From the IMG/VR virus record IMGVR_UViG_2744054576_000007, positions 1 to 64,000 of that record: DNA of 64,000 nucleotides. One strand, given 5' to 3'. The notes beneath the pieces were generated by a model. The model saw only the letters and a program-made list of their open reading frames with translations, did no database searches and was not told the DNA's origin. The position numbers and the translations under genes were made by a program. Below, in pieces: positions 29,459 through 39,076 of the stretch (positions within the stretch are counted from its first letter, which is position 1; each line of letters starts with the position of its first letter). Source of the DNA: a virus. Lineage: Duplodnaviria; Heunggongvirae; Uroviricota; Caudoviricetes.

Positions 29459-29845
29459 TTACGAATCCCCCCAATTATTTTGTTTAATTAAATCTTCATG
29501 TTCAAAAACATTTCCGACTTTTAATCCCAAAGAAATACAAGATCCTTTTATATGTTCTTCCGCACCCGGATTGTCAAGATGTTTGTAGTCTGCCAAGTAA
29601 AAACCTGTTTCTTTGTAATCCCATTCAACGACATATAGCCAATCTTCGTATTGGATAATATCCTTATGGTAAACCTTTTGTTTTCTAGTAGCGTCATATA
29701 AACCTGTAAATTGTCTGAAAATATATTGTCCATAATGACCGCATCCATCAGCATCATGAACCCCACTTTCCTCGAACCAATACAAATCATCAATGGTTTC
29801 CATTTCTTTATGGCGTATATCATAAGCCTGATAATCTAGATGCAC
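29459..29845 (-). CDS. hypothetical protein
   Basis: 128-aa ORF. Confidence 0.4.
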   Translation of the reverse strand: MHLDYQAYDIRHKEMETIDDLYWFEESGVHDADGCGHYGQYIFRQFTGLYDATRKQKVYHKDIIQYEDWLYVVEWDYKETGFYLADYKHLDNPGAEEHIKGSCISLGLKVGNVFEHEDLIKQNNWGDS

Positions 29846-29883
29846 ATATAATCCCCCCTGTGAAATGTTAAGTTTATCAAGAA

Positions 29884-30414
29884 TTAATTTCTCCCTCTAA
29901 ATTCTCCATAATAGGTTTGTCTCATTCTTTCTGCATACTTCCCAGCCTCGTGTACATCATCAAAAGCACCTAAAATTTTGTTTTTTCCATCTATCTGTAG
30001 TTGTACCACCCACATCTTATAAGCTTTATTCCAGCACACATTCCTGTATCCCGATTTATTATTTGAATTTTTGCCACTCCTATTTTTAAGGTTATCTTTA
30101 TTGTTCGTCTTTCTGAGGTTTGTTCTAATATTGTTTAGAGTATTATTGTCAATGTGATCAATTATATCTTTACTATTTGAACTATCATAGATCAATTTAT
30201 GTAAGTAAAGCAATTTGTACTTATATCTCGTTTCGTCTCGTTTGCCTAAATATATGGATGCTCTTGCATAATAGCTATTGTTATTTTTATGCCATGCAAC
30301 ATACCACTTTACATCATATGATTTAACTTTATCTAAGTCCGCTAAAGAGATATAGGTTTCAAACTTTTCCATATTTCTTGTCTCCATAAAAATTACAACT
30401 CTTCCATCTTTCAA
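29884..30414 (-). CDS. HNH homing endonuclease with C-terminal AP2 DNA-binding domain
   Basis: HKLIYD...IIDHIDNNTLNNIRTNLR is HNH_3. SGYRNVCWNKAYKMWVVQLQIDGKNKILGAF is AP2. Confidence 0.65.
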   Translation of the reverse strand: MKDGRVVIFMETRNMEKFETYISLADLDKVKSYDVKWYVAWHKNNNSYYARASIYLGKRDETRYKYKLLYLHKLIYDSSNSKDIIDHIDNNTLNNIRTNLRKTNNKDNLKNRSGKNSNNKSGYRNVCWNKAYKMWVVQLQIDGKNKILGAFDDVHEAGKYAERMRQTYYGEFRGRN

Positions 30415-30482
30415 TATTTCATAATCGTTTTTAATTATTCTTCATCCTTTCTCTATTTTCTCTCTAAAATATGTATTTTATC

Positions 30483-30668
30483 TCAATTGTCTAGTGCGAA
30501 GCCAATACACCCTTTGATCACACACTCATTTTCGAACTTGTCTTGAATATTCTCATTTGGATTACTACATGTTTCGAAGCAAGCGTATTCTACTTGCTGT
30601 ATCGGATCTCCACATTCATGCCAAAAATGCCCACACTTTAAACAGATACTGTCTGTATTTACCTTCAT
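30483..30668 (-). CDS. small Cys-rich protein
   Basis: 61 aa with 7 Cys residues, including a CLKCGHFWHEC cluster. Confidence 0.35.
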   Translation of the reverse strand: MKVNTDSICLKCGHFWHECGDPIQQVEYACFETCSNPNENIQDKFENECVIKGCIGFALDN

Positions 30669-30685
30669 TTTTCACCCCTCTATGA

Positions 30686-30943
30686 TTAGATAAGTTCAAT
30701 CTCTACTTTTCGAATTGCTTTTGGTTCAATACATTCTCCGAAATATGTCCATCCACAATCCTGACTAATTAAGTCATGAAATTGTGCTTCTGCATAATCC
30801 TCAGATAAAAATTCAGCGTCATAAAAGTCTCTGCGAGAATAAACTCTGATGTCTGTATCTGATTCTTGTTCAAATTTCGCAAATCTTCCATTTGCTAATT
30901 CAATGACACATTTTTCAATCTTCATTAAGACCCTTCCCATCAT
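30686..30943 (-). CDS. hypothetical protein
   Basis: 85-aa ORF. Confidence 0.35.
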   Translation of the reverse strand: MMGRVLMKIEKCVIELANGRFAKFEQESDTDIRVYSRRDFYDAEFLSEDYAEAQFHDLISQDCGWTYFGECIEPKAIRKVEIELI

Positions 30944-31004
30944 TCCTGCGTTTTATAAAACCTATTAAAAACACTCTCTTGATATTCATTGTAAAACACG
31001 CATT

Positions 31005-31277
31005 TTACCCAATCAGATCTTGAAGGTGGTTTAAAAAAAGATCATACTCTTCTCTGTTGGTAGCCCTCCAGCTAATTTCTTGTGTCCATTTCTTTAGGAG
31101 ACTTTCGATTGGCTCCCTATATAAATGCTTAATGAACATGTCTTTCCCTTCGATAACAAAGACAACGGAATACTGGTGACCGTAAAAATACTCTAATAAT
31201 TCTCTAAGTTCGTCATTATAAACAGGAGTTTCAACAACGTCCAAATTATCAATTGAATTCATTCCTACATAGAACAA
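31005..31277 (-). CDS. hypothetical protein
   Basis: 90-aa ORF. Confidence 0.35.
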   Translation of the reverse strand: MFYVGMNSIDNLDVVETPVYNDELRELLEYFYGHQYSVVFVIEGKDMFIKHLYREPIESLLKKWTQEISWRATNREEYDLFLNHLQDLIG

Positions 31278-31314
31278 ATTATCGCTCCTCTATTGTTAAA
31301 TAAATCAACACCAC

Positions 31315-31680
31315 TTAAATAACAACATCTGTCATACCACATTTTCTATAAATAACTCTAAGTTTCTCTCTGACTTCTATATATGCCGCATTTACTTCTT
31401 GTATTTCTCCTTCTACGTTCACAACTTCGTTAATCGCATCTTGCATAAGCAACGCTTCTCTCCATGCTGTTCGTTTCTTAAAGTATTCGTAGTTGTAAGT
31501 GTATGAATGACCATAACGATCTGTTGGATTAATTGTTTTATTTAATTCGACATATAATTCTTCCAGCTTAATAGCACATCTTTTCAATTCGTTGTCTAAA
31601 CTTTCATGTACTTGTTGCAACTCAATAAACTCCTGAGTTTTATTATTTCTGATAATTTCAATTGGCACACTTATAGTCAT
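31315..31680 (-). CDS. hypothetical protein
   Basis: 121-aa ORF. Confidence 0.4.
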   Translation of the reverse strand: MTISVPIEIIRNNKTQEFIELQQVHESLDNELKRCAIKLEELYVELNKTINPTDRYGHSYTYNYEYFKKRTAWREALLMQDAINEVVNVEGEIQEVNAAYIEVREKLRVIYRKCGMTDVVI

Positions 31681-31700
31681 AAAAGATTTCTCTCCTTTAT

Positions 31701-31949
31701 TTATTTACTGAAGCAATCATTAGTGCTCTCACGGATTCTTTTAATTAAATCCTCGCCCCTTTTTTCGTCCCATTGATTTATATAAATACACTTCCAACCC
31801 AAGCAGTATTTTTTCTTCTGGTAGATTTTTAGTTTTTGAACAAGTTTGTAGTAAGTCATCCCATGTTCTCTGCTTGTATTAACACTGACTTCATCAATTT
31901 TTATCTTGTATTGTTTACCATCTTCGTTCCAATACTTCTTATACATCAA
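31701..31949 (-). CDS. hypothetical protein
   Basis: 82-aa ORF. Confidence 0.35.
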   Translation of the reverse strand: MMYKKYWNEDGKQYKIKIDEVSVNTSREHGMTYYKLVQKLKIYQKKKYCLGWKCIYINQWDEKRGEDLIKRIRESTNDCFSK

Positions 31950-32029
31950 TTTCCTCCTACTTATAAAACGTGCCTTTTATAATAATATTTTAATAAGCGA
32001 GGGAGGAATCCCCCTCCCTCTTAGATTAA

Positions 32030-33568
32030 TTATATATTTTTGACTAAAATTTCGTTTACTAATTCTATAAATCTATCACCTTCTATAATCTCACTATTAA
32101 AATCTGCACCTAATACATTTAAATGTGATAATGTCTTTTCTAAACCGTCAAACTCTACTGCAAATGGTTCAATGATATTACTTGGTCTTTGGCGAAATGC
32201 ACCAATTTTGTTTTTCATAAAAAACCACTTACCATAAATATTGTCCTTTTCTTCAACCAGCAATAAGTTAAACCCCAGATCACTCTGAATATCAAAGTAA
32301 CCCCAAGCAAGTATCAGTTGGTCTCTAAGTTTGGGGCGTACAACAACCTCAGTTCTACTTTCCCAAAAATCATCTTTTCTAGTTTTGACAAAATCTTTAT
32401 CATACAGTACTCTCAGTCTAATTTTGACTCTTTTTTGTGAGGGTAAACGAAGCTCCAAATTGATGCTATCTCTTTTTAGATCATTGAACTCATCTAAAAT
32501 CATTTTTGAACCAGTATATTTAGTATTGAACTCATTCACATAATCTTTTAGTGGCTCATAAATATGTTCTTTAAATTGATAGTTAATTCTTTTTACATGA
32601 TCCTGTTGTTCGCTTTCTTCTTTTTGTTTTAAAAGTTGCTGAGTCTTGAGCGATTCATCTTTCACAACCTTAACATTGATAAGATTATCAATTAAACTCG
32701 TTACGGAAGTTAAAGGTGTTTCATCTAATCCAATATCTCTCTCAATCTCTTCCCAGTTTTTATAGCGCGCGCTAATATTTTTTTCAATCATCTTATTGAT
32801 GACTTGTACAATACTGTTAGTAATGCCCGGATTAATGCGTTTTATTGGAACTGCGTTTTGAAAAGTATGAGCTTCCTGCCACATAGTCATATCAGCCTCA
32901 TTTTTTACTTCATAAGGATGTCTAAGTGTGGCTAACTCATAAAACAAGATTCCCATTGAATAGATATCATTTTGGATTGTATTCTTTTCGCTTCTCCATC
33001 TCTCTGGAGCCATATATTTAATATGACCAACACCTTTGAAAGTGAGTTGCCTAGTCCCTTCTGTTGCAACTTTAGCCAGACCAAAATCAGCAATTTTTAG
33101 TGTTCCCTTATCAATTAGTATATTATCTGCTTTTATATCCCTATGTACCAAGAGACTATTTATATGTTTCATTCCCTGAATTAACTGACCGTAAAACTCT
33201 CTCAATAGATCATTTGAAAAGAAAACACCTTCTTCTTTTTGCCTATTTAAATAACTCATCAATGTTCCTTGATTTGCATATTCCATAATTAAATAAGGTG
33301 GTAAATTGGGGTACTTATCTTTGTGTACGTAAAAGTATTTTATTGTGTTGGGATGAGAAACTTTTGTTGCCATTTGGCATTCATTAATAAATGTTGCATA
33401 GGCTTCTTGAGTGGGGAATGTTGTTGGCAATGTTTTTAAAGCAAAGATACATTTATCTGATTTCCTTTGTATCTTAAAAACAAAACCAAAGTTCCCATTT
33501 CCAATCATTTCAATTACCTCATACTCCACTTCGGATTCATCAAATACAGTAACACCCTGAGCAATCAT
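32030..33568 (-). CDS. eukaryotic-like Ser/Thr protein kinase with a C-terminal domain of unknown function
   Basis: Gly loop IGNGNFGFVF, catalytic-Lys context ALKTL, HRDIKADNILI, DFGLAK and YMAPER are all present. About 220 C-terminal residues have no recognisable motif. Confidence 0.85.
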   Translation of the reverse strand: MIAQGVTVFDESEVEYEVIEMIGNGNFGFVFKIQRKSDKCIFALKTLPTTFPTQEAYATFINECQMATKVSHPNTIKYFYVHKDKYPNLPPYLIMEYANQGTLMSYLNRQKEEGVFFSNDLLREFYGQLIQGMKHINSLLVHRDIKADNILIDKGTLKIADFGLAKVATEGTRQLTFKGVGHIKYMAPERWRSEKNTIQNDIYSMGILFYELATLRHPYEVKNEADMTMWQEAHTFQNAVPIKRINPGITNSIVQVINKMIEKNISARYKNWEEIERDIGLDETPLTSVTSLIDNLINVKVVKDESLKTQQLLKQKEESEQQDHVKRINYQFKEHIYEPLKDYVNEFNTKYTGSKMILDEFNDLKRDSINLELRLPSQKRVKIRLRVLYDKDFVKTRKDDFWESRTEVVVRPKLRDQLILAWGYFDIQSDLGFNLLLVEEKDNIYGKWFFMKNKIGAFRQRPSNIIEPFAVEFDGLEKTLSHLNVLGADFNSEIIEGDRFIELVNEILVKNI

Positions 33569-33667
33569 GGAAAGTCCTCCCTAAATTTTTGTAATTCAAT
33601 TATACAATAACCTGTTGTTATATGTCGTTCTTTCCTTCTCATACATGAACTATCTTTCCATAAATCA

Positions 33668-33696
33668 ATTATAGCATCCATTTCATCTCTTATCAA
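33668..33696 (-). promoter_or_regulatory. sigma-A-type promoter for the kinase gene
   Basis: On the minus strand: -35 TTGATA (33691-33696), 17-nt spacer, -10 TATAAT (33668-33673). About 100-nt leader to the start at 33568. Confidence 0.5.
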
Positions 33697-33720
33697 TAAA
33701 TTTCATTATTTTTGTTTGTT

Positions 33721-33752
33721 AAAATAAAAAAACCTCCATTATAGGAGGCTTT
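33721..33752 (-). terminator. rho-independent terminator after the gp157-family gene
   Basis: Hairpin AACCTCC/GGAGGCT followed on the minus strand by TTTTTTTATTTT. Confidence 0.55.
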
Positions 33753-33755
33753 ACA

Positions 33756-34268
33756 CTAACTAATACGCAAATGCTTTTTATCTGTCACTAATTCAACACC
33801 TTCAACAACTTCACCCTGTTTTACAGCAGCCAATAACCCCTTGGTATCAATCTTATCGGGTTGCGGAATTCTGTATGTATTAGGAATAGCTCTGTCATTT
33901 ACAATATTAATGGATGGGGGATTCTTTTGTAGTCTAACCTTAAATAGACCTGCGTCTATTTTGTCAATCTTATTTACTTCTAATACAGCTTGAGTGTAGC
34001 TCTTTAATCCTTCTACTTTGTTCTGAAGGTATTTGCGTTTTTTAGCTAAGCGATCCTCTTCTTCTTTTAAGGCTTTAATGTCTCCTTCGATGTTTTTCAT
34101 GAACTTGGCGATATTCTCTGCCTTGTTACTCAGCTCATCTTCAATAGATTCTAGCGTCTCAATGTACAGTTGCAAATCATCTTCAGTTAAATCGTCATTG
34201 TCCCAAGCTGAATCTACAAAATTATTAAATACTCTATATTGTTCTCCAAGCTCATATAACTTACTCAT
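33756..34268 (-). CDS. Siphovirus Gp157-family protein
   Basis: 170 aa. Coiled-coil N-terminal half and conserved C-terminal half fit the Sipho_Gp157 family. Confidence 0.45.
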   Translation of the reverse strand: MSKLYELGEQYRVFNNFVDSAWDNDDLTEDDLQLYIETLESIEDELSNKAENIAKFMKNIEGDIKALKEEEDRLAKKRKYLQNKVEGLKSYTQAVLEVNKIDKIDAGLFKVRLQKNPPSINIVNDRAIPNTYRIPQPDKIDTKGLLAAVKQGEVVEGVELVTDKKHLRIS

Positions 34269-34315
34269 CTTTTTTTCATCCTTTTCTATGTATTATGATA
34301 AAATCTATGTTTTAC

Positions 34316-34543
34316 TCACTTATCTTCTACTTCTATGTAGCCAAAACTAGTTAACAATTCTTTAAATTGCTGACACTTCTCTTTATAAAAATATCCAACC
34401 GTGAACTTTTTAGAACTTATGTTAAATTGAATAACTTTCGTGTGCCCATTTGTCCATTTTTCTTCATTAACACCAGTCTGTATGGCTGTTTTGGTAAAAA
34501 TAAAAATGATCATTTTTGTCTTTGTTTTGGTTATATGCATCAA
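34316..34543 (-). CDS. hypothetical protein
   Basis: 75-aa ORF. The start probably lies at an internal Met because of overlap with the upstream gene. Confidence 0.3.
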   Translation of the reverse strand: MMHITKTKTKMIIFIFTKTAIQTGVNEEKWTNGHTKVIQFNISSKKFTVGYFYKEKCQQFKELLTSFGYIEVEDK

Positions 34544-35207
34544 CCAACTCTTTTGTTTTTTGAACTTCTTCTTTAGCAGCAGGATTTTTAATCATTCCAA
34601 ATCTATTTGTTACTCCATGGCTTTTGCCAAAAGGCTTTGATTCAGCGCCACAATGAGGACATTTAGACGGATAGAATCCATCACCCATCATTGTTCGCCC
34701 TTTACCCATTTGAGATTCTAGCATATCCTCATTGCAACTATAACAAGTTCTAATGTCGTCTTTTAAATATTTACTGGTTCTATAGTCATTCTTCATAATC
34801 TGTATTTTCAAATCATTATCTATAATATAGTCAATCAATCGTTCCTTTACTTTGTGTTTAATGCAGCACTCTGAACACATATCACCATCTCCTTGAAATG
34901 TGACAAACCCTTCATTAAACTTTATACCACTATAATAGATTGGCTTATTATAATTCTTCTCGCCTTTTGTGTGGTTCCTACTACTTCTTGGATATGTATG
35001 GTAGTCATACTCTTTATCACAGTAATCACAAGATCTAATTGATTTATGCGTCCATTTTAATGTACCAGTTTTTTCAGATGACTTGATGATTTCATTCATT
35101 ATAGACATTTCAAATCCATAAGAACATTCTTTTTTGGCTTCATTAATTATTTTTTGTGCCCCTTTTGAGACTTTGCCGTCGAGGATTTCAAGTTCGTCTA
35201 GTGTCAA
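34467..35207 (-). CDS. multi-zinc-ribbon Cys-rich protein
   Basis: 246 aa with at least four CxxC pairs (CDYCDKEY, CSECC, CYSCN, CPHCG). Confidence 0.45.
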   Translation of the reverse strand: MTLDELEILDGKVSKGAQKIINEAKKECSYGFEMSIMNEIIKSSEKTGTLKWTHKSIRSCDYCDKEYDYHTYPRSSRNHTKGEKNYNKPIYYSGIKFNEGFVTFQGDGDMCSECCIKHKVKERLIDYIIDNDLKIQIMKNDYRTSKYLKDDIRTCYSCNEDMLESQMGKGRTMMGDGFYPSKCPHCGAESKPFGKSHGVTNRFGMIKNPAAKEEVQKTKELVDAYNQNKDKNDHFYFYQNSHTDWC

Positions 35208-35460
35208 TTCGATCTTAAATTGCTTACTTATTTCAATTCCTCCTTTAGCTCAGATAATATCAACAAATATAACCCTCTATTCCTCGTAATCACATTCCAA
35301 GTCATTCATCATCATAATTATGTCAGAAATATATGCCTTTCCTTTATCTTCGTCACTTAATTCTACATTTTTGATATGTATATTTTTTAAATCATTCCAC
35401 ATCATTTTATAGTTAATAATACCTCTTGCCATTCATATTTGCCTCCTTTTCCTATCAAAT

Positions 35461-35643
35461 TTACATTTTATCTCGTCTTAATGCTATCCAGAATAGAATT
35501 AGACCAATCATTGCAAGTACATAGCCTATGGGAAAGAATAGAATTGTTACGATCTTTTCTCCCCTACTAAGAACACTAAAGATTGACCTAAACAGCAACA
35601 CATCTCTGCAACTATCAAACATGTCCTGCTCAGTAAATATCAA
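35461..35643 (-). CDS. small membrane protein
   Basis: 60 aa with a C-terminal TM helix. Confidence 0.35.
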   Translation of the reverse strand: MIFTEQDMFDSCRDVLLFRSIFSVLSRGEKIVTILFFPIGYVLAMIGLILFWIALRRDKM

Positions 35644-35646
35644 ACA

Positions 35647-36069
35647 CTACTCCTCCCATTCCAAAGCAATGCACCCATAATAATTACTTGTACTTAAGGC
35701 GCAACCATCTGGTACACTTGGCAACAACTGTTTTATTATTTCTTGATCATCGCCTTTTCTCATTGTTTCATCCCTCACTTGGAAGTGAACCTTCTTTTTA
35801 GCAGGCTTTTTATTAGTTAACAACGAAAGATATCCAACTCTTTCACATGTCAGAGAATAATAGCTGCTTCTGTTATATAGTCTTATACCATCGAATAGAT
35901 TGCCTTCGTATGTTCCAAGTTGTTTTATGCTTCGACCTTCACAATCTCCTTCAGTTGAGATTTTCCAAATACCATTAACATCAAAATGCTTAGATTCCAT
36001 CGCTTTTAATAAAGCTGCTTTTTCTTCTACCTCTCTACGCAGCCTATCCATATCTTCGTATATAGTCAT
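35647..36069 (-). CDS. hypothetical protein
   Basis: 140-aa ORF. Confidence 0.4.
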   Translation of the reverse strand: MTIYEDMDRLRREVEEKAALLKAMESKHFDVNGIWKISTEGDCEGRSIKQLGTYEGNLFDGIRLYNRSSYYSLTCERVGYLSLLTNKKPAKKKVHFQVRDETMRKGDDQEIIKQLLPSVPDGCALSTSNYYGCIALEWEE

Positions 36070-36098
36070 CGTTTACTCCTTTCAGTAAAAGTCCTCTT

Positions 36099-36338
36099 TT
36101 AATTAGATAAATATTCTTTCGGTATGTCATTGAAGTTATCAGGAAAATCACCATGATCTTCAAGCCACTCTTGACCATTCTGGATCATATAATAGCTTTC
36201 TGCTCTTTCTGGCATATGACCATTAATTAATTTAATAAAAACATGTTCAGGAATACTATGACCGCTAAATTCTTTATTATGATTAATATATACAGAAGAC
36301 CAATCGTCACCTGACACTATTGTTAATACATTCTCCAA
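36099..36338 (-). CDS. hypothetical protein
   Basis: 79-aa ORF. Confidence 0.35.
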   Translation of the reverse strand: MENVLTIVSGDDWSSVYINHNKEFSGHSIPEHVFIKLINGHMPERAESYYMIQNGQEWLEDHGDFPDNFNDIPKEYLSN

Positions 36339-36630
36339 GACATTCAGCTCCTTTAGTTTTAATCAAATTTCTATTTGATTAGATTCAAATAAATAGAACA
36401 AGCTAGAATAAAAGCTACAATATCGTCGATAGTTCTAGGTGTGATTGTGCCAAAAATATTTTTTCTGCAATCGTCCATAGAAGACCTATCACGCAGTAAA
36501 TTACCAATACACTAATAAAATCAATGATAAAAAGAAGTGTGCCAATAAAAAAGTTAACCAAGAATATAACCACTCCTTTCTAAGTAATTAGCATTGCTTC
36601 TATTTACTTCAACTAAAATTGCGATTTCAC

Positions 36631-36864
36631 TCACGTACGGCTTATACTTGCTCTATAATATTTCTCTAAAGTAACTGTTCGTTCCCCATAATTATTCTTG
36701 TCTGAATACATAGGTATAGTAACTGTGGTAATGTCGTCCATATTGTATCCTTCATTTATACAATGTACTTCTATCTCATCCATAAAATCTTTTTTTCTTT
36801 TATAGTTTTCAACCACACCGTAAATATAATCTGTACTTTTTATCCCAGATGACTCATTTGACAC
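36631..36864 (-). CDS. hypothetical protein
   Basis: 77-aa ORF. Confidence 0.35.
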   Translation of the reverse strand: MSNESSGIKSTDYIYGVVENYKRKKDFMDEIEVHCINEGYNMDDITTVTIPMYSDKNNYGERTVTLEKYYRASISRT

Positions 36865-36881
36865 TATAGTATCCCTCTCCT

Positions 36882-37592
36882 TTATGAACTAAAATGTCTA
36901 TCAACATCAAGGCTTTCTAATTGCTCAATTTCCTTGTCATTAAATCCAACCTTATTAAGCCTCAGTAACACTTTAGCCATTTCCCTTTGGGTAATCGTCA
37001 TTCCGCGCTCAACAAATTTGGGTGTTCTTAAAATTGTACCTACAATATCTCTTGCTCGATTCTCATTATATGAAAGTTTATTTCCTTTGAGATACGCCCA
37101 ATCATTCAACATTGCAACATCGATAACCCCATTGCGATAGTAGAATTGATTATGTTTGAAATCGAATTCCCCAACAACTTCTTCTGGTTCACCTATCCAT
37201 TGAGTGATTATTTGAAATTTGCCAACTGAAATTGCGTTTTTAGCAATTACCAATGGCAGTCCCTTATAAGTACCACCACTGATATCTGAGCCATGATATC
37301 CTGCTTGATCCATGAAATACGTTTTCAGTCTTTCTGCTAACTCATTCGATGTTAAGAAGAAGTCATAATCTTTAGGTTCATGCTCATGGTACAAACTATA
37401 AATACATCCACCAGATATGTATGATTTGTTTCTAAACTCTGAGGTAAATTCTTTTGGAAGCAAGAGTTCAAAAATATTGTATTGTCGCTCCAGCTCTCTT
37501 TTTACTGACCCCAGCTTATTGTTATGCATAGTAGCATCTTCAATAATTTCTGTGCGTTTAAAATGATTCAGCACTTTTCTAAATAGGTTCAT
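36882..37592 (-). CDS. class-II nucleotidyltransferase-like protein, paralog of the 21046..22224 gene
   Basis: YISGGCIYSLYHEHEPKDYDFFL and EFDFKHNQFYY parallel the GG...DxD and DFT motifs of the 392-aa paralog. 236 aa. Confidence 0.45.
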   Translation of the reverse strand: MNLFRKVLNHFKRTEIIEDATMHNNKLGSVKRELERQYNIFELLLPKEFTSEFRNKSYISGGCIYSLYHEHEPKDYDFFLTSNELAERLKTYFMDQAGYHGSDISGGTYKGLPLVIAKNAISVGKFQIITQWIGEPEEVVGEFDFKHNQFYYRNGVIDVAMLNDWAYLKGNKLSYNENRARDIVGTILRTPKFVERGMTITQREMAKVLLRLNKVGFNDKEIEQLESLDVDRHFSS

Positions 37593-37633
37593 TCACTACC
37601 TCTTTTCTATGTAAAATTCTTATTTGATTATCT

Positions 37634-38254
37634 TTACCCTTTTTCAATTTCTATTTCTCCAGTTCTTTCTTTAAAAGAAACACAATCAAAACATTTGGAA
37701 TTGCCATCGCGAGTGGCCTTACCCTCACTGTCTCCAAAGGAGTAGTTGCAACAATGGCTCCCCCTGCTTCCATCTTCGTACTCATAAATTATTACCTTAT
37801 CGCATATTGGAAATCTTTCTTGGTAGGCCTTAATTTGACGAGGGGAATACATACCATACTCTTCATACTCTTCATCGCTTAATTCGCCTCTTGCTTCGCG
37901 AATCCAAATATCTGTTGGTAGATCAGCATTCGAACCACTATTATGTATTTTTTCCTGTCCTTCTATTTCAAACGTATCTACAATTCCACACAAACAATCA
38001 TCACAAATTGTAAATTCAACATCACATCCATCAAGTGAGCTGCCATATCCCATTCTTCCAAGATTGACTGTGTGCCATTGCTCTTGATAAGCAAATGCCC
38101 AATCATCTTTTACATTCCAAGTTTCTGTTTTACCACATTTATAGCACCATCTTATCTCTTCTGGACAACAATTTGCTTCGTGGGTAGCGCAATTTCCCTC
38201 ATCTGTAAAAACCTCTTCACATCTTTCACATTGAAACTGTTGATTTATTTTCAT
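37634..38254 (-). CDS. Cys-rich zinc-binding protein
   Basis: 206 aa with many CxxC motifs (CERCEE, CYKCGK, CDDCLC). Confidence 0.45.
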   Translation of the reverse strand: MKINQQFQCERCEEVFTDEGNCATHEANCCPEEIRWCYKCGKTETWNVKDDWAFAYQEQWHTVNLGRMGYGSSLDGCDVEFTICDDCLCGIVDTFEIEGQEKIHNSGSNADLPTDIWIREARGELSDEEYEEYGMYSPRQIKAYQERFPICDKVIIYEYEDGSRGSHCCNYSFGDSEGKATRDGNSKCFDCVSFKERTGEIEIEKG

Positions 38255-38265
38255 TAAACCACTTC

Positions 38266-38538
38266 CTATGTATTTTTATTTGATCTAGCTTTAGCCATTC
38301 TATCAGCGGCGGCTTGTCTCTGTTCAGGTGTCCAGTTGCGCCCACTACTCTTAGCACGGAATGAAACCTGTCCATAATCACCCTTGAAGTAGTGACCACC
38401 ATCTGCATCAACTCGAAGCAGTTCTAAACCAGCCTTTTTGATTTTTGTGATTGTTTTAGGGGAGCAACTGTACACTTCCCACTCATTTGTTTCATCGTTA
38501 CAGACACATACTGTTTCACGCTCTTCTGCTGTAGCCAT
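38266..38538 (-). CDS. hypothetical protein
   Basis: 90-aa ORF. The overlapping 38226..38411 ORF is likely spurious. Confidence 0.4.
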   Translation of the reverse strand: MATAEERETVCVCNDETNEWEVYSCSPKTITKIKKAGLELLRVDADGGHYFKGDYGQVSFRAKSSGRNWTPEQRQAAADRMAKARSNKNT

Positions 38539-38572
38539 TTCCCATATCCTCTCTATTTGCTCGTTTTAAACT

Positions 38573-39028
38573 TCACTCAATAATATCTTCTAAATTTATT
38601 TCCATATGTTCAAGATCAACTGATTCCTCACCCAGTAAATTATTTGCTTTTTGTGCAATTTGAAATGACAGTAGTCGTTCTGACTTGCTTCGAGAACTTC
38701 CATATTCCTCTTCTATTCTGTCGCATTGATCAATTATCATTTTTAGTTCTTGATTAGTGAATTGATTCATTTGTTCACCCTGACTTTCATAGATCCCAAT
38801 CATTCCGTTTTTATAGGCTTGTAATACACAAGAAGGACATAGTTCATTCGCATAATTACTATCAAAATCAATTAAATTGGGGTTAATTACTGGCTTATCA
38901 TTATGATATCCCCCCACCCAAAAGCTCCCAGAGCTGCATAGTGAATGATATACACGTTCACCGATATTACTCAAAATATGATACTTATGTTGTTTATTTT
39001 TAGCGGTTTGTGTGTGATAAATCTTCAT
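38573..39028 (-). CDS. hypothetical protein
   Basis: 151-aa ORF. Confidence 0.4.
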   Translation of the reverse strand: MKIYHTQTAKNKQHKYHILSNIGERVYHSLCSSGSFWVGGYHNDKPVINPNLIDFDSNYANELCPSCVLQAYKNGMIGIYESQGEQMNQFTNQELKMIIDQCDRIEEEYGSSRSKSERLLSFQIAQKANNLLGEESVDLEHMEINLEDIIE

Positions 39029-39076
39029 TGTACCTCCTCTAGTAAAACTTCATTACAGACTCAAAACAAAAAACAA

